64,000 bases of DNA from Nitrospirales bacterium (GCA_965223295.1 CBDCWC010000003.1:1280001-1344000), one strand, 5' to 3'; counted from the first letter of the stretch, positions 48,575 to 58,645 are shown. A program made the numbers and translations. Notes: generated from the letters alone by a model not told the origin.

Positions 48575-48858
48575 GGATAACGCTCAATAAGATTAGGAGA
48601 TGGCGTATCATGTTTCTCTGTAGAGGAATAGGAATCTTGTGAGCAAAAGCTATACCTACGTTCAGGAAAAGAGAAGATATGTTTATGTTCGTGAAGAAAT
48701 CCAATGTGAATAACTCGTTTGGCAAGTTTATCGGCGGGATTACATGTAGAGGTATCCGTTGCCTTTGTTATCCAAATAGATACAGATATGTATCCTTTCA
48801 GATACGTTTTACGTTCAGTGAAATCTGAAAGAATTCGGACAGGGTTATTGTGGTAAGA

Positions 48859-50301
48859 CTAGAGCCAGGTTTTGGCTTCTGGGTAAAAATTCAACAAAAT
48901 ATTGGTGGTCATTTTGCTGAGAAACTCTACCAATTGGTGATTGGATCCAGGTGGAATTGGTGAGTCGTTGGAAAGTTGAAGATTTTTCCAGTAACTGTGT
49001 AGACGTTCTTTCTGTTCTTGCAAAACACGTTCGGTTTCTTGTTGCCAAAAAAGGGGAAATTCCCGAGGGTCAGTATAGTCTCCCCGTCCGCGTCCACAAT
49101 GAGTAACGGCCAAATAGCGTAAGAGCCCGTCGCGTGTTTGCCGGTCTAAAAACTCTGGTACCCATGAAATACGGTGAGGGTTTTCGTCATCCTGACTTTT
49201 GGCGTACGCGGTGCCTCCCAAGGCACCGAGAATCGCACCGCCAATGGTAAAGACGCCATGCGAGAGTCCCCCGGTGGCGACATCTGAAGCAAACCCCGCT
49301 GCTGCGCCGCTGACTAGTCCGCTCCAAAAACTTTCTTCCTCCCAGGGTTTTCGTTCTCCGGGTACCGTCACATCTTCTAGTCGTGATTGAATGTCGTGAG
49401 CCGTTTTACCAGAGAGTCCATGAAGGGCAATCAACTGGCTGCTCATCACCGAGATGCGTTGAGCTAATCGTTGATCCATGGCTTGCATAGACCGTTTAAC
49501 CACATGTTTTTTGGAATGGCCCAACTGTTCTTGAGGCAGGGTTTCGCCGTCTTGTGCGCTTTCGATTAGCAACTGGGCAATTGCTGTCATGCTGGATTGG
49601 AGAGTCTGCCGTTGCTCCTCTCGCCAGGCGTTGGATAACTCGATCATCGTTGGTCGCTTATCGCTTGGCAGCACTTGAGCGAGACGGTTCCACAAGAGAC
49701 CCTCCTGGACCCAACAGCGCGTAAAGGCATCTAAATTCATGACATCCCTGATGACTGCGTGGTTGGGCCATTGCTGTTTCCAGCGCGCTTGGAGTTGCCG
49801 CTGTTGCTGAGGATCTGCCAGGCCAGTTTGGTTGAGGAGCACAATAACGGGTTTGTTCAGCCAGGTCAGGAGATCCAATTCAGGCTGCAGGTATCCAACC
49901 ATAGTCGGATCTTCAGTCGCGTTAACCAGATACAATACGACGTCGGCTTCCTCCTGAACGTTCTGTATGGCTTGTTGGCTGCACCAAAAGGGTTTATCTG
50001 CGAGCCGGTCCCAGACTTGTGATACCAGCCAACCGATAGGATTGGACAGACCTTGCAAGCGCTGGAGAAGTTTATGACTATTTCCGAACCCTGGCGTATC
50101 CCATAGATTTAATTGCAGGCCATCAGATGTTTTGAGTAAGAGGAATTGCTCATTCTGAAGCGTGACATGGGCTTGATCTTGTACTTGCCCGACTTCCCTG
50201 CGCAGAAGGGTGCGAGCTAACGTGGTTTTCCCAATGTTGGTATGGGAAATAAGGGAGAGTGTGATCGAACGTGGCATCTGCTTCATCTTGTTAGGATGCA
50301 C
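48859..50301 (-). CDS. GTPase domain-containing protein (DUF3482-type C-terminus)
   Basis: SHTNIGKTT (G1 variant), WDTPG (G3), LLNQ (G4 variant); Gly-rich hydrophobic hairpin GAAAGF..DVATGGLS.G; LRYLAVTH.GRGRG. Confidence 0.85.
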   Translation of the reverse strand: MHPNKMKQMPRSITLSLISHTNIGKTTLARTLLRREVGQVQDQAHVTLQNEQFLLLKTSDGLQLNLWDTPGFGNSHKLLQRLQGLSNPIGWLVSQVWDRLADKPFWCSQQAIQNVQEEADVVLYLVNATEDPTMVGYLQPELDLLTWLNKPVIVLLNQTGLADPQQQRQLQARWKQQWPNHAVIRDVMNLDAFTRCWVQEGLLWNRLAQVLPSDKRPTMIELSNAWREEQRQTLQSSMTAIAQLLIESAQDGETLPQEQLGHSKKHVVKRSMQAMDQRLAQRISVMSSQLIALHGLSGKTAHDIQSRLEDVTVPGERKPWEEESFWSGLVSGAAAGFASDVATGGLSHGVFTIGGAILGALGGTAYAKSQDDENPHRISWVPEFLDRQTRDGLLRYLAVTHCGRGRGDYTDPREFPLFWQQETERVLQEQKERLHSYWKNLQLSNDSPIPPGSNHQLVEFLSKMTTNILLNFYPEAKTWL

Positions 50302-51772
50302 CCGGCCAGAGCCTGGTTTGGGCTTGCTGAAGAAATTGGGTTTGAGATGTTATTGAGGGATTAAACGGTACAAGTGAGAGGTGATATTGGTTGCCGAAAC
50401 GTTGCCAGGTTTGGCGGCGTTCTTCCACTCGGATCTCGTCTATATTCCGGCTGTAGGATTCTTCGTCCAGAAGTACCAACAGTTTTGTGCCAGGGTTGGT
50501 CGGACTCACGTGTGTCTGAATAGTATGGAGCCATTCCCCTTGGACTTCCCCTTCGGGCGTTTGACCCGCGTTGAAAATCAGAACAACGGTTCGAGTGACA
50601 GTGGAATCTTCAGACAACGATGAAAATTCTTGTCCAAATGGTACAGCTGGTTGCCATCGAATTGTGGCAAGGTTTCCGCAAAGATCCGACAATCCGAGGT
50701 TTAAAAATGCTTTGGCCTCCTCTGAGGGCTGGTAACTGTACGGAATGACATCTACAGCCATTCCTTGCCCTTTTTCAGGAGCAAGAAGATGTAGAAAGTA
50801 GGGGTCTTGTAAAGGAAGAGTACATGTCTGATGCGCGCGAGTCACAGAACGTTGGCAGAGCCACGCCATGATGACTCGCGGGATCACGATCATCACAAGG
50901 GCCGTGATGGCCCACATATGAATCCAGTGGGCTGCCGTGCCATGTTGCGGCGCTTTGAGATTCATAATTTCTGACAATGTGGGAAATGGATATTGTAGGA
51001 TCCAGGCGGCTGGCCCTAACAAGATATGGAGAAGGAGATGAACTTGATTGCCTGAGAGAAACGTGCTTTCCCAGGTGGCTTGATAATCCAGAGCCAGTCC
51101 TCGAATATAGAGTCCCAGGATAATGCCCACGGCCATGTAAGCGGCTCCTATATGTAAGAGTTGGCGGAGACGTTGAGTCCAGACAGGTCTTATATGTGGC
51201 CACCATAATGTCATGAATCGTTTTGAGGCATCTTGGATCCAACTGGTTTTCGAAGGATCAGAGAGTGTTGCTAGTGGCCAAGAACGCGTTCCCCATAATC
51301 CTCCTACTTTCGCTAGCCACAAAGCGGCTGTGTCTAACCAAGTTGTCGCTAAAGAGGATGTTAAGAAAGGTCTCAGAGCCGAAGATGCGTAGATTGCCGC
51401 ATTCCACAGAAGCAAGATGAGGAGGGGAAAGTTGAGCAGGTTCACCCGTTGAGATTCACCAAGCCCGTTAATCAGGAGTCCTGCTCCAAGAGCGGGGATT
51501 GCCACTAGGAATGTGGGGATATCAATGTGAAGTTGGTTCCAGGATTGGACGAGACGAGGAAAAGCTTTGTGTAAAAAGGTCCAGATGATCTCAGTTCGTT
51601 TGGCGAGGAAAGTCTCGCTGTGGGAAGCTGAATGATCAGAGGAAGGACTGTGTTGGGCTCGAGCTTGTTGTGTTGCATGATGCCTCGTGGACAGAGGAAG
51701 GTGTCGCCCATGAAGATCCGATTCCTCTAGCGCTTGGATGAGCAGGATCTTGGAACAATCAGTGATGTTCAT
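50291..51772 (-). CDS. DUF2868 domain-containing membrane protein
   Basis: VNLL TM region, RG...DY.ATWEST.L motif and TPE.EVQG C-terminal motif; overlaps the GTPase gene. Confidence 0.8.
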   Translation of the reverse strand: MNITDCSKILLIQALEESDLHGRHLPLSTRHHATQQARAQHSPSSDHSASHSETFLAKRTEIIWTFLHKAFPRLVQSWNQLHIDIPTFLVAIPALGAGLLINGLGESQRVNLLNFPLLILLLWNAAIYASSALRPFLTSSLATTWLDTAALWLAKVGGLWGTRSWPLATLSDPSKTSWIQDASKRFMTLWWPHIRPVWTQRLRQLLHIGAAYMAVGIILGLYIRGLALDYQATWESTFLSGNQVHLLLHILLGPAAWILQYPFPTLSEIMNLKAPQHGTAAHWIHMWAITALVMIVIPRVIMAWLCQRSVTRAHQTCTLPLQDPYFLHLLAPEKGQGMAVDVIPYSYQPSEEAKAFLNLGLSDLCGNLATIRWQPAVPFGQEFSSLSEDSTVTRTVVLIFNAGQTPEGEVQGEWLHTIQTHVSPTNPGTKLLVLLDEESYSRNIDEIRVEERRQTWQRFGNQYHLSLVPFNPSITSQTQFLQQAQTRLWPGAS

Positions 51773-51786
51773 GGAACTTGTATCAT

Positions 51787-51999
51787 TGGACTGCTGAAAA
51801 AAGCTGCCTGCGGTGTTCTCGCCATTGTTCCGTGCTCACCTCATGCCAGTACGCTCCGCGCGTAAAAACGGCTGTGGCCTTCCCTTCGACAAGCTCAGGG
51901 CAGGACTGGGCAGACCTTTTTGAACCGCCCAGAACCTTTTGATCGCCCTCGGCTTCGGACAAAATATGGCTCTTGATATCGTCATGATTCAACACCCCC
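51787..51999 (-). mobile_element. MITE family A copy with 23 bp palindromic insert
   Basis: TGGACTGCTGAA...TTCAACACCCCC; flanks ATCAT/ATCAA; insert CCCTTCGACAAGCTCAGGGCAGG at 51882-51904. Confidence 0.88.
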
Positions 52000-52152
52000 A
52001 TCAATTAAAAGTGTGTTGAGACGCTTGTGCTACGAGAGGGGAGTGTCATGTTACTGAAGAAAGAGACTGAGCACAATTGAGAAGAGCCTTTGTGACTCAT
52101 GGGTTTATCAAGCACGATCGATTCAGGTAGAAGAGAAAAAGAGAGATCCTCT

Positions 52153-53232
52153 TTATGAAGAGACTGATTCAGGATATTTTGTCGTTCTAATGCTCGAAGA
52201 TTCAGAGCCTAACAAAATGCTAAGCCAATGCGTGGACGGGCTGCTTTCCAATGCAATTTTGACAATCATCGTCATGGGCACCGAAAGTAGCATGCCTATT
52301 GGCCCCCACACCCATCCCCAAAATACTAAGGAAAGAAAGACGACCAATGTGGAGAGCCCAAGTTTGCGACCCATGAGTTTTGGTTCCACGACATTTCCAA
52401 ATATCACATTAAGCACTCCATATCCCAATGCGACTAAGAGCGCACGACCAAGGCCGAATTGAATATATCCCAAGAGCACAGGCGGAACAGCGGCGATGAT
52501 TGAGCCAAGATTGGGAATGAAGTTGAGAAGAAATGCCAAGAGCCCCCAAATCACTGGAAAGTCTATGCCTAAAAAGCCTACCCAGATAGCGACAATGATC
52601 CCCGTTCCCAAGCTGACCAAGGTTTTGATGGCTAAATAATTGTTCACCGCATCAGTGATTTTGCTGAATTGGGAAAATGTGCCTTTGGGATCGCCAAAGG
52701 CTGCGCGTACTTTTTTGGGGAAGCTTGAGGCTTCCAGTAAGATAAAAACAACGGTGAGGAGAATTAAAAAGGAATTGGTCAGGATTCCGCCTAAGCCTGA
52801 GAGCATACGTCCAACTAGCCGCATCGATGCTCCGGGGTCAATGGATTTGAGTAATAATTCCTCATTGAATTGAAAGCCTAGGCCCTGTATCCATTGTAAC
52901 AACGGTCCCATTTCCTCGGTCAGGCGAGTCTGATAACGGGGAAGCGCATCGGAAAAATCTTCCAACGATGTACCAATTAACACAATAAATCCAAATCCCA
53001 ATCCCAGCACCACTAGAACTACTAAAAAAAGAGCTACTGGGGCCGGAATTCCTTTTTCTCTCAACCAAAATATGGGAGAAGCGCTCAAAATAGCCAGAAA
53101 TCCAGAGATTAATAATGGAACGAGAATCGGTTCTGCGGCCCGCATACCTGCCACGACAATGACCAAGCTCGCCAAGGTTAGTAAGACGCGGCTATTGGAG
53201 GTTTGGGAAGAGGGAGATGACGGTGCGTTCAT
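52153..53232 (-). CDS. AI-2E family transporter
   Basis: Multi-TM; LNFIPNLGS, GN.VEPKLMG..LGLS and WGWVWGPIGMLLSVP motifs. Confidence 0.92.
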   Translation of the reverse strand: MNAPSSPSSQTSNSRVLLTLASLVIVVAGMRAAEPILVPLLISGFLAILSASPIFWLREKGIPAPVALFLVVLVVLGLGFGFIVLIGTSLEDFSDALPRYQTRLTEEMGPLLQWIQGLGFQFNEELLLKSIDPGASMRLVGRMLSGLGGILTNSFLILLTVVFILLEASSFPKKVRAAFGDPKGTFSQFSKITDAVNNYLAIKTLVSLGTGIIVAIWVGFLGIDFPVIWGLLAFLLNFIPNLGSIIAAVPPVLLGYIQFGLGRALLVALGYGVLNVIFGNVVEPKLMGRKLGLSTLVVFLSLVFWGWVWGPIGMLLSVPMTMIVKIALESSPSTHWLSILLGSESSSIRTTKYPESVSS

Positions 53233-53252
53233 AGGCTAGGATTGACGATACT

Positions 53253-53477
53253 GGGACTGTTGAAACAAGCCACCAGCGGCATTCCCTGCCTTCGCCGTAG
53301 CGGCTTCGCGCAGGCAGGTCGCCATTTTCCCGTGCTCAGGTCATGCGAGGACGCTCCGCGCGCAAAAAGGTATGTGGCTTTGCCGGATGCACTTTTTTGA
53401 ACTGCCCTGAAGCTGTTGATAGCCGACGTGATCATGAGCAAATTTGCCTCTGGTATTTTGTATTATTCAAAACTTCC
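53253..53477 (-). mobile_element. MITE family A copy with 34 bp palindromic insert
   Basis: GGGACTGTTGAA...TTCAAAACTTCC; flanks ATACT/ATATT; insert CCTGCCTTCGCCGTAGCGGCTTCGCGCAGGCAGG at 53285-53318. Confidence 0.82.
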
Positions 53478-53645
53478 ATATTCGGTGTGATGAGACTTGG
53501 AGAGAATGAGAAACTCGCATCGCTTGCTCTTTCTCATATGATACTCCCTTCTTCGGTTTCTGTCTTGAGGGAAAATGTGGTGCGAAGGATGGAGGATGAA
53601 AGACAAGTTCAGTGAAAGCCTGCCTGTAAGGAGGGATTATGGAAT

Positions 53646-54602
53646 TTATTCCAAGATGGCCTTTTGCCGAAGTTGCAGATATCCGTTTCGAATGGCGCTG
53701 TATAGATCCAGCGTTCCGTCTTCTACACCTTGAAATTTTTCTAATGATAAGGCACGCAGATTGACATTTTCCAAGACGGTCATTCCAAGGCGAGTATAGG
53801 TGATAGTGGGGTCATGTTGGACGAGTCTGGGAGCATCCGCTATTTCAATGATGGGGAAAACCAGCCAATTGAAAGGGTCTAGAAAAGTGTCGCCAATAAA
53901 CCCAAAACCATCTCGTAAGGTGAACGGTCCATAGAAGGGCACCACGAGATAGGGTCCTGGCGGAACGCCATAGCTGCCTAAGGTTTGCCCCAGGTCTTCT
54001 TGAGGCGTATCCAAGTCAAACATGATTTTAGCGGGATCAAACAATCCGCCAACCCCTAAAGTGCTATTGATTAGGAATCGACTCATTTCGATGCCTGCCC
54101 CATGAAACTTCGCCTGAAACACATTGTTTAAGAAGCGAGGGAAAAACCGAAGGTTTTGAAAGACATTCACCACGCTTTGTTGTGCATCAGGAGGAACAAA
54201 GAAATTGTAGGCCCTGGCAGCTGGTTTTAATATATATTTGTCAAATTGGTAGTTAAATTCAAAGACGATGGTATTGACGGGTTCAAAAGGATCATAATCG
54301 TCAATTTGGGCCTCCTGAGCTGTGTCGTCAAAGGGATCAAAGAGTTCATCCTCAAACTCAACATCCTTGCTTAGGGGCAGATTCTCAGAATCCTGTACTG
54401 GAGCTTCAATGTTTTTCTCTAGGTTTTCCAGAGTATGCGAGGGTTGATCGTTTCCAGCGCATCCACCCAATCCCAAAGCCAGGCTTAGAATTAACAGAGC
54501 GGTGGGAGACAGGTGCTGTTTTACATGTCGTAAAAGTTTGGTCTTGTGGATTTCTGAGAGCCGATTCATTATGGCGGAAAGAGCCGTCAAGCTGTGCGTC
54601 AT
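53646..54602 (-). CDS. mlaA: MlaA/VacJ family lipoprotein
   Basis: Lipobox LGGC; DPFE..N, RFLINSTLGVGGLFD, EDLGQTL and GPYLVVP.YGP.TLRD motifs; true start may be a downstream Met. Confidence 0.88.
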   Translation of the reverse strand: MTHSLTALSAIMNRLSEIHKTKLLRHVKQHLSPTALLILSLALGLGGCAGNDQPSHTLENLEKNIEAPVQDSENLPLSKDVEFEDELFDPFDDTAQEAQIDDYDPFEPVNTIVFEFNYQFDKYILKPAARAYNFFVPPDAQQSVVNVFQNLRFFPRFLNNVFQAKFHGAGIEMSRFLINSTLGVGGLFDPAKIMFDLDTPQEDLGQTLGSYGVPPGPYLVVPFYGPFTLRDGFGFIGDTFLDPFNWLVFPIIEIADAPRLVQHDPTITYTRLGMTVLENVNLRALSLEKFQGVEDGTLDLYSAIRNGYLQLRQKAILE

Positions 54603-54984
54603 GTTGAGCAGAAACCTTTAAAATAAGGTGAATAGGGCCTGAAAGACGGGATGAACTCTACCAAAGTCATGTATGTAAGCCAACAAAACCAGCCACTACC
54701 TCTCAGTCCGTGTGAACGTCTTACCTTAAGCGCTCGACAAGAAAAATCTGTGATACCTATGTCTGTAATGTCGGTTTTGCTAACAGGTCGTTACAAAAAA
54801 GAATGCAGTGAAATCATACATTAACGATTTTTTTGCCTTGTTGATGATGATTGCTTTGGTCAACCGTTAATAGATTCGACAACTTTCTTTTTTGATATAT
54901 CACGATGCTCCCTTTCTCATTCACTATTCTCCAACAAAGTATTGTAACGAGCAACAGGCTCTCTTATAGGAAAGCATTTCCTTG

Positions 54985-55001
54985 TTGGCATTTCCTTTGC
55001 T
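54985..55001 (+). promoter_or_regulatory. Sigma-54 (-24/-12) promoter
   Basis: TTGGCATTTCCTTTGCT: GG-N10-GC in TGGCA...TTGC context, upstream of ATGs at 55070 and 55106. Confidence 0.65.
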
Positions 55002-55105
55002 CATCTTTGTGCAATGTGAGCAAGGGAGTTCAAAAGGATATCAGTGTCCTTTTTCATGACAGATGCATTATGGACGTTATGACTTTGGACGGAAGGGAGA
55101 CTGGA

Positions 55106-56731
55106 ATGAGCTTATCGGTTCCAACACCAAAAACATCGTGGAATGGTTCTTTTCGAAAAGCTAAGAAGTCATCTCGTCCTGCGGAGCTGTCTCCCAAAAA
55201 GATTCAGGTTGGAGAATCGGCTGCAGGAATTCCTGACAGGCAGCTTCCTCTCTATTTGAAGGAAATTGGACAGGTTAGTCTGCTCGACCGTGATGGAGAA
55301 GTCACGCTCTGTAAAAAGATTGAAGAAGCGAATGACAACATGTTGGAAGCTCTATTCGTCTTGCCAATCACGTTAGAATTTTTGAAAGCGCAACAACTGC
55401 GACTGAGTCAGGGGGAAATTCCTGCCAAGCAATTGGTTCAGAAGGAGAAGGAAGTTACGTTGGATACCGAGGGCGACGAAGCTGAACGCAGTGATTCTCT
55501 GGATCTGCAAGAAGATGAAGATTTCCAGCAATCAGTCATTCAGCACATGGACCAACTCTGTGATTGTATTCAATCGCTGCTTGATTTGGACCTCGCCAAT
55601 TCGACAGGCAACACAACGCTTTCGAACAAGAAAAAGCATTCATCGAGTAAAAAACAATTATTGAAAATCTTAGATTCAGTGAATTGGCATCCGAAGTTTT
55701 TTCAGCATTTAGAAAAACATCTCAAGATTGTGGAAGGGCAACTTGTAGAAGTCCTGAAAAGACTGGGAATGTCGGAGAAAAGTCTGGGTCAAATAGGGTT
55801 TCAACTAAAAGATCTCAATCGCGATTCCTTCACGTTCTCCGATAGGGATCAGGGCCAAAATGATGTGGCTCAACTTCGTGCTCGTCAAGAAGTGATCGAG
55901 CATTTAAAGTATTTGGAAGAGCATCTCTTACACATGCCTTTTGCACATTTCCTGGTAAGAGTACGACAGCTAGAACGAGAAAAGACACGAGTGCATTTCG
56001 CCAAACAGGCCATGTTAGAAGCCAATTTGCGATTGGTGGTCAGTGTGGCAAAGCGATACATCAATCGAGGGATGGATTTGTTGGACCTCATTCAGGAAGG
56101 CAATATTGGGTTAATGCGTGCCGTTGATCGATTTGAATATCAGCGAGGATATAAATTCAGCACGTATGCAACATGGTGGATTCGGCAAGCCATCACTCGT
56201 GCCTTGGCTGATCAATCACGAACCGTTCGAGTTCCAGTGCATGTCTGTGATGCGATGACCCGCGTTCGACGTTCCTGGGACCGGCTGGCCGTTCAGTTAG
56301 GCCGCGAACCAAAACTGGAAGAATTGAGTGTTCTCCTGGATCAACCAGTGGACAAACTCTCGTCCCTCTTAGACGTGACAAAAGGTGCATTGTCTCTCGA
56401 AACACCCGTAGGGGACGAAGAAAATGCCCACTTATCCGATGTTTTGGAAGATCCGACCGCTGTCTCTCCCTTTTATTCAGCTGAGCGAATGGACTTACAA
56501 GAAAAAGTCACTCTGTTATTACAAACATTGACTCCTCGAGAAGCGCATATCATTCGACGGCGTTTCGGGATTGGTGAACTCGAAGATGCAACCTTAGAGG
56601 AAATTGGGCATGAATTTTCCGTTACGCGCGAGCGAATTCGACAAATTGAGGAACGGGCTTTGTCGAAGTTGCGAGAGCCGGAGCGGAATCGAATATTGCG
56701 TCACTATCTTCAACTTGCAAGCTCTGCGTAA
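55106..56731 (+). CDS. RpoD-like alternative sigma-70 factor (no region 1.1)
   Basis: Regions 1.2 (LYLKEIG), 2 ([34 protein letters not shown]) and 4 ([17 protein letters not shown]); start set at ATG 55106 (GGGAG RBS), 55070 also possible. Confidence 0.9.
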   Translation: MSLSVPTPKTSWNGSFRKAKKSSRPAELSPKKIQVGESAAGIPDRQLPLYLKEIGQVSLLDRDGEVTLCKKIEEANDNMLEALFVLPITLEFLKAQQLRLSQGEIPAKQLVQKEKEVTLDTEGDEAERSDSLDLQEDEDFQQSVIQHMDQLCDCIQSLLDLDLANSTGNTTLSNKKKHSSSKKQLLKILDSVNWHPKFFQHLEKHLKIVEGQLVEVLKRLGMSEKSLGQIGFQLKDLNRDSFTFSDRDQGQNDVAQLRARQEVIEHLKYLEEHLLHMPFAHFLVRVRQLEREKTRVHFAKQAMLEANLRLVVSVAKRYINRGMDLLDLIQEGNIGLMRAVDRFEYQRGYKFSTYATWWIRQAITRALADQSRTVRVPVHVCDAMTRVRRSWDRLAVQLGREPKLEELSVLLDQPVDKLSSLLDVTKGALSLETPVGDEENAHLSDVLEDPTAVSPFYSAERMDLQEKVTLLLQTLTPREAHIIRRRFGIGELEDATLEEIGHEFSVTRERIRQIEERALSKLREPERNRILRHYLQLASSA

Positions 56732-56744
56732 CTCTTTTCATGAT

Positions 56745-56813
56745 GGGAGTGTTGAATAGTAAAGATATCAAACGCCATACTTCGCCATGGAGCCCTTGGC
56801 GTTCAACAGACCC
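56745..56813 (+). mobile_element. MITE family A, minimal 69 bp copy
   Basis: GGGAGTGTTGAA...TTCAACAGACCC with perfect ATGAT target duplication at 56740-44 and 56814-18. Confidence 0.88.
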
Positions 56814-56914
56814 ATGATGGATGTCGAATGAAACCTTTTAAGAATTGCACAGTCTCTTTGAACTCTATAACCTGGAGAGCCTCTCGAGGCCGTCGCGTGG
56901 GTGGAAAATAGCCT

Positions 56915-57595
56915 CTAAGAAAAGAGGGGGCTGTTCGATGACGGTGATTTTTGAGCGCTCCCTTCGGCATGTAGCCCCTGACATTCATGGAAATTCGCAG
57001 TAGACGTTCTGGCCTGTAAGAATGTGGCTCCGCTGAGATTGGCTTGTTGAAAATCAGACTCACTCAAGTCGGCTTCTCCAAAGTCAGACCAGGAGCAGTC
57101 AGCCGAAGAAAAATTTGTTCCACGTGCTTGTGCCTGTAGGAATGTGGCCCCACGCAATGTGGCCTGTTGAAACAACGTTCCTGTAAGTTCAGCTTGTTGA
57201 AAATCAGCCCAAATAAGATCGCTTTGTGAGAAGTTAGCCCACGCCAGTTGGCTGCGGTAGAAACGAGCGCCTCGTAAGTTAGCGCCATGAAAGTTTGCCC
57301 CCCGAAGATCTGCGCCTTCGAAATCTGCGCCCGGCAGATAGGCTTCTTGAAAATTGGCATTCCGCAAGTCTTGATGGCGAAAGTCTGCTTCGCGGCGGTC
57401 CGCCTGGAAAAAATCATGAGGAGAGGGTCCCATAGACTCCTCGACACGTTTGGCACCAGGTAGTGAGGAATGTGTTGCTACCGTGTGTTGTGTTCGTTTC
57501 CAAACTTTGTGGGTATCGAGGAGAAACGCTCGATCAGCTTCTAGGTCCGGTATTTCAGAAATAGGCTGGACAGAAGGGTCTTCACGCTCCGACAT
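56915..57595 (-). CDS. Pentapeptide repeat protein
   Basis: Long run of A(D/N)(F/L)xx repeats (ADFEG ADLRG ANFHG ANLRG...). Confidence 0.92.
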   Translation of the reverse strand: MSEREDPSVQPISEIPDLEADRAFLLDTHKVWKRTQHTVATHSSLPGAKRVEESMGPSPHDFFQADRREADFRHQDLRNANFQEAYLPGADFEGADLRGANFHGANLRGARFYRSQLAWANFSQSDLIWADFQQAELTGTLFQQATLRGATFLQAQARGTNFSSADCSWSDFGEADLSESDFQQANLSGATFLQARTSTANFHECQGLHAEGSAQKSPSSNSPLFS

Positions 57596-57844
57596 CAGCT
57601 GGCTCCAAGAGGTGAATAAGAGGTGGCGCAGGCTAAAACAAAAGGAAATTTGTTAAAGTTATACTGTACGAAACCATAGCGAAAATCTATTGATGGGTCT
57701 AGTTCATGCATCGCAATCAGCGAAAATCCATAAAAGTAAACCAACGGGCATTTTATGCTATAACCAGTTCCCATGTTGTGAATGAAACCTAGTGGATTTG
57801 CAACCTCAATTCCCGGGCTAATGTCGAACATCGTGTGAGAAATT

Positions 57845-58519
57845 ATGGACGTCACGAATATTGTGTTCTGGGTTGTTGTTTTGGCGTTGGGCTACGGTAT
57901 ATGGGTGTGGTGGAAAGATGGAAGATCCTTGCGCCCATTCTGTGGAAGAATGCTTCGTTGGATTCGGTCAACTTTAGGTGTGGCCAGTCGGGATGAGGTG
58001 AAACACTTGCACGAACAGCTTAAGCGCATGGAGCAGCAATGGGAGGCCAGGTTGACAAAAGTGGAAGCGACCGCAAAGTTTTCCACCCAGTTGGAATCTG
58101 CTTCCAAAGAGACTGATCGAAGGTTAGGTGAATTGGAAAGATCGAAAAGTCTCAAACCTCTTTCGGAAAATAGACCTGTTTCCCGGCCGCGATCTGTTGT
58201 CCGTTTTGGCCTTCGGCTGACACTTGGTGATGCTCTGTGGGGTCATCTGGGAATGAGCCCGGCTGAAGCAATAGAGGATCGCGTCATCGACTCGGCGCTT
58301 CAGGGCCCATTTTGCCCGGTTTGTCTTAAAAGGGTGGTTGGAAGAAATCGTACGAACCTTTCAGAATGTATTCCTCCACATTGTCGACATTGTGGGGTCT
58401 CTTGGGATAGCCAGGAGCCCGTTGATTTGGATATTTCACTCGTTGATTTCAAACGACAAGTGTATGCACATCTTGATCAAGAATATCGAGCTAATGGAAT
58501 CATTCAGTCCGAGGTGTAG
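57845..58519 (+). CDS. Hypothetical membrane-anchored protein with coiled coil and CPxC...CxxC zinc-ribbon-like motif
   Basis: N-terminal TM; FCPVC and CRHC motifs. Confidence 0.65.
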   Translation: MDVTNIVFWVVVLALGYGIWVWWKDGRSLRPFCGRMLRWIRSTLGVASRDEVKHLHEQLKRMEQQWEARLTKVEATAKFSTQLESASKETDRRLGELERSKSLKPLSENRPVSRPRSVVRFGLRLTLGDALWGHLGMSPAEAIEDRVIDSALQGPFCPVCLKRVVGRNRTNLSECIPPHCRHCGVSWDSQEPVDLDISLVDFKRQVYAHLDQEYRANGIIQSEV

Positions 58520-58645
58520 TCAAACAACCATCTAGTTTTCATGTCACAATTGTTGAGAAGAGACAACGAGACATTATGCCACTTGTAATGAGGAGCAGGC
58601 CGTGGATCTTGTTTGAGTATAGTGGGGATGCTATAAACCATCAGA

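Noticed and set aside
54670-54685. TGT-N10-ACA (NifA-type enhancer) upstream of the sigma-54 promoter
   Set aside because: A 6-base motif is expected by chance, it is ~300 bp away, and there is no nif context
54905-55069. Long N-terminus of the sigma factor ORF
   Set aside because: It overlaps the sigma-54 promoter, lacks an RBS and has non-protein-like composition
56915-57595. 15-bp periodic DNA repeats
   Set aside because: Fully explained by pentapeptide-repeat coding; no evidence for a Qnr-type resistance function
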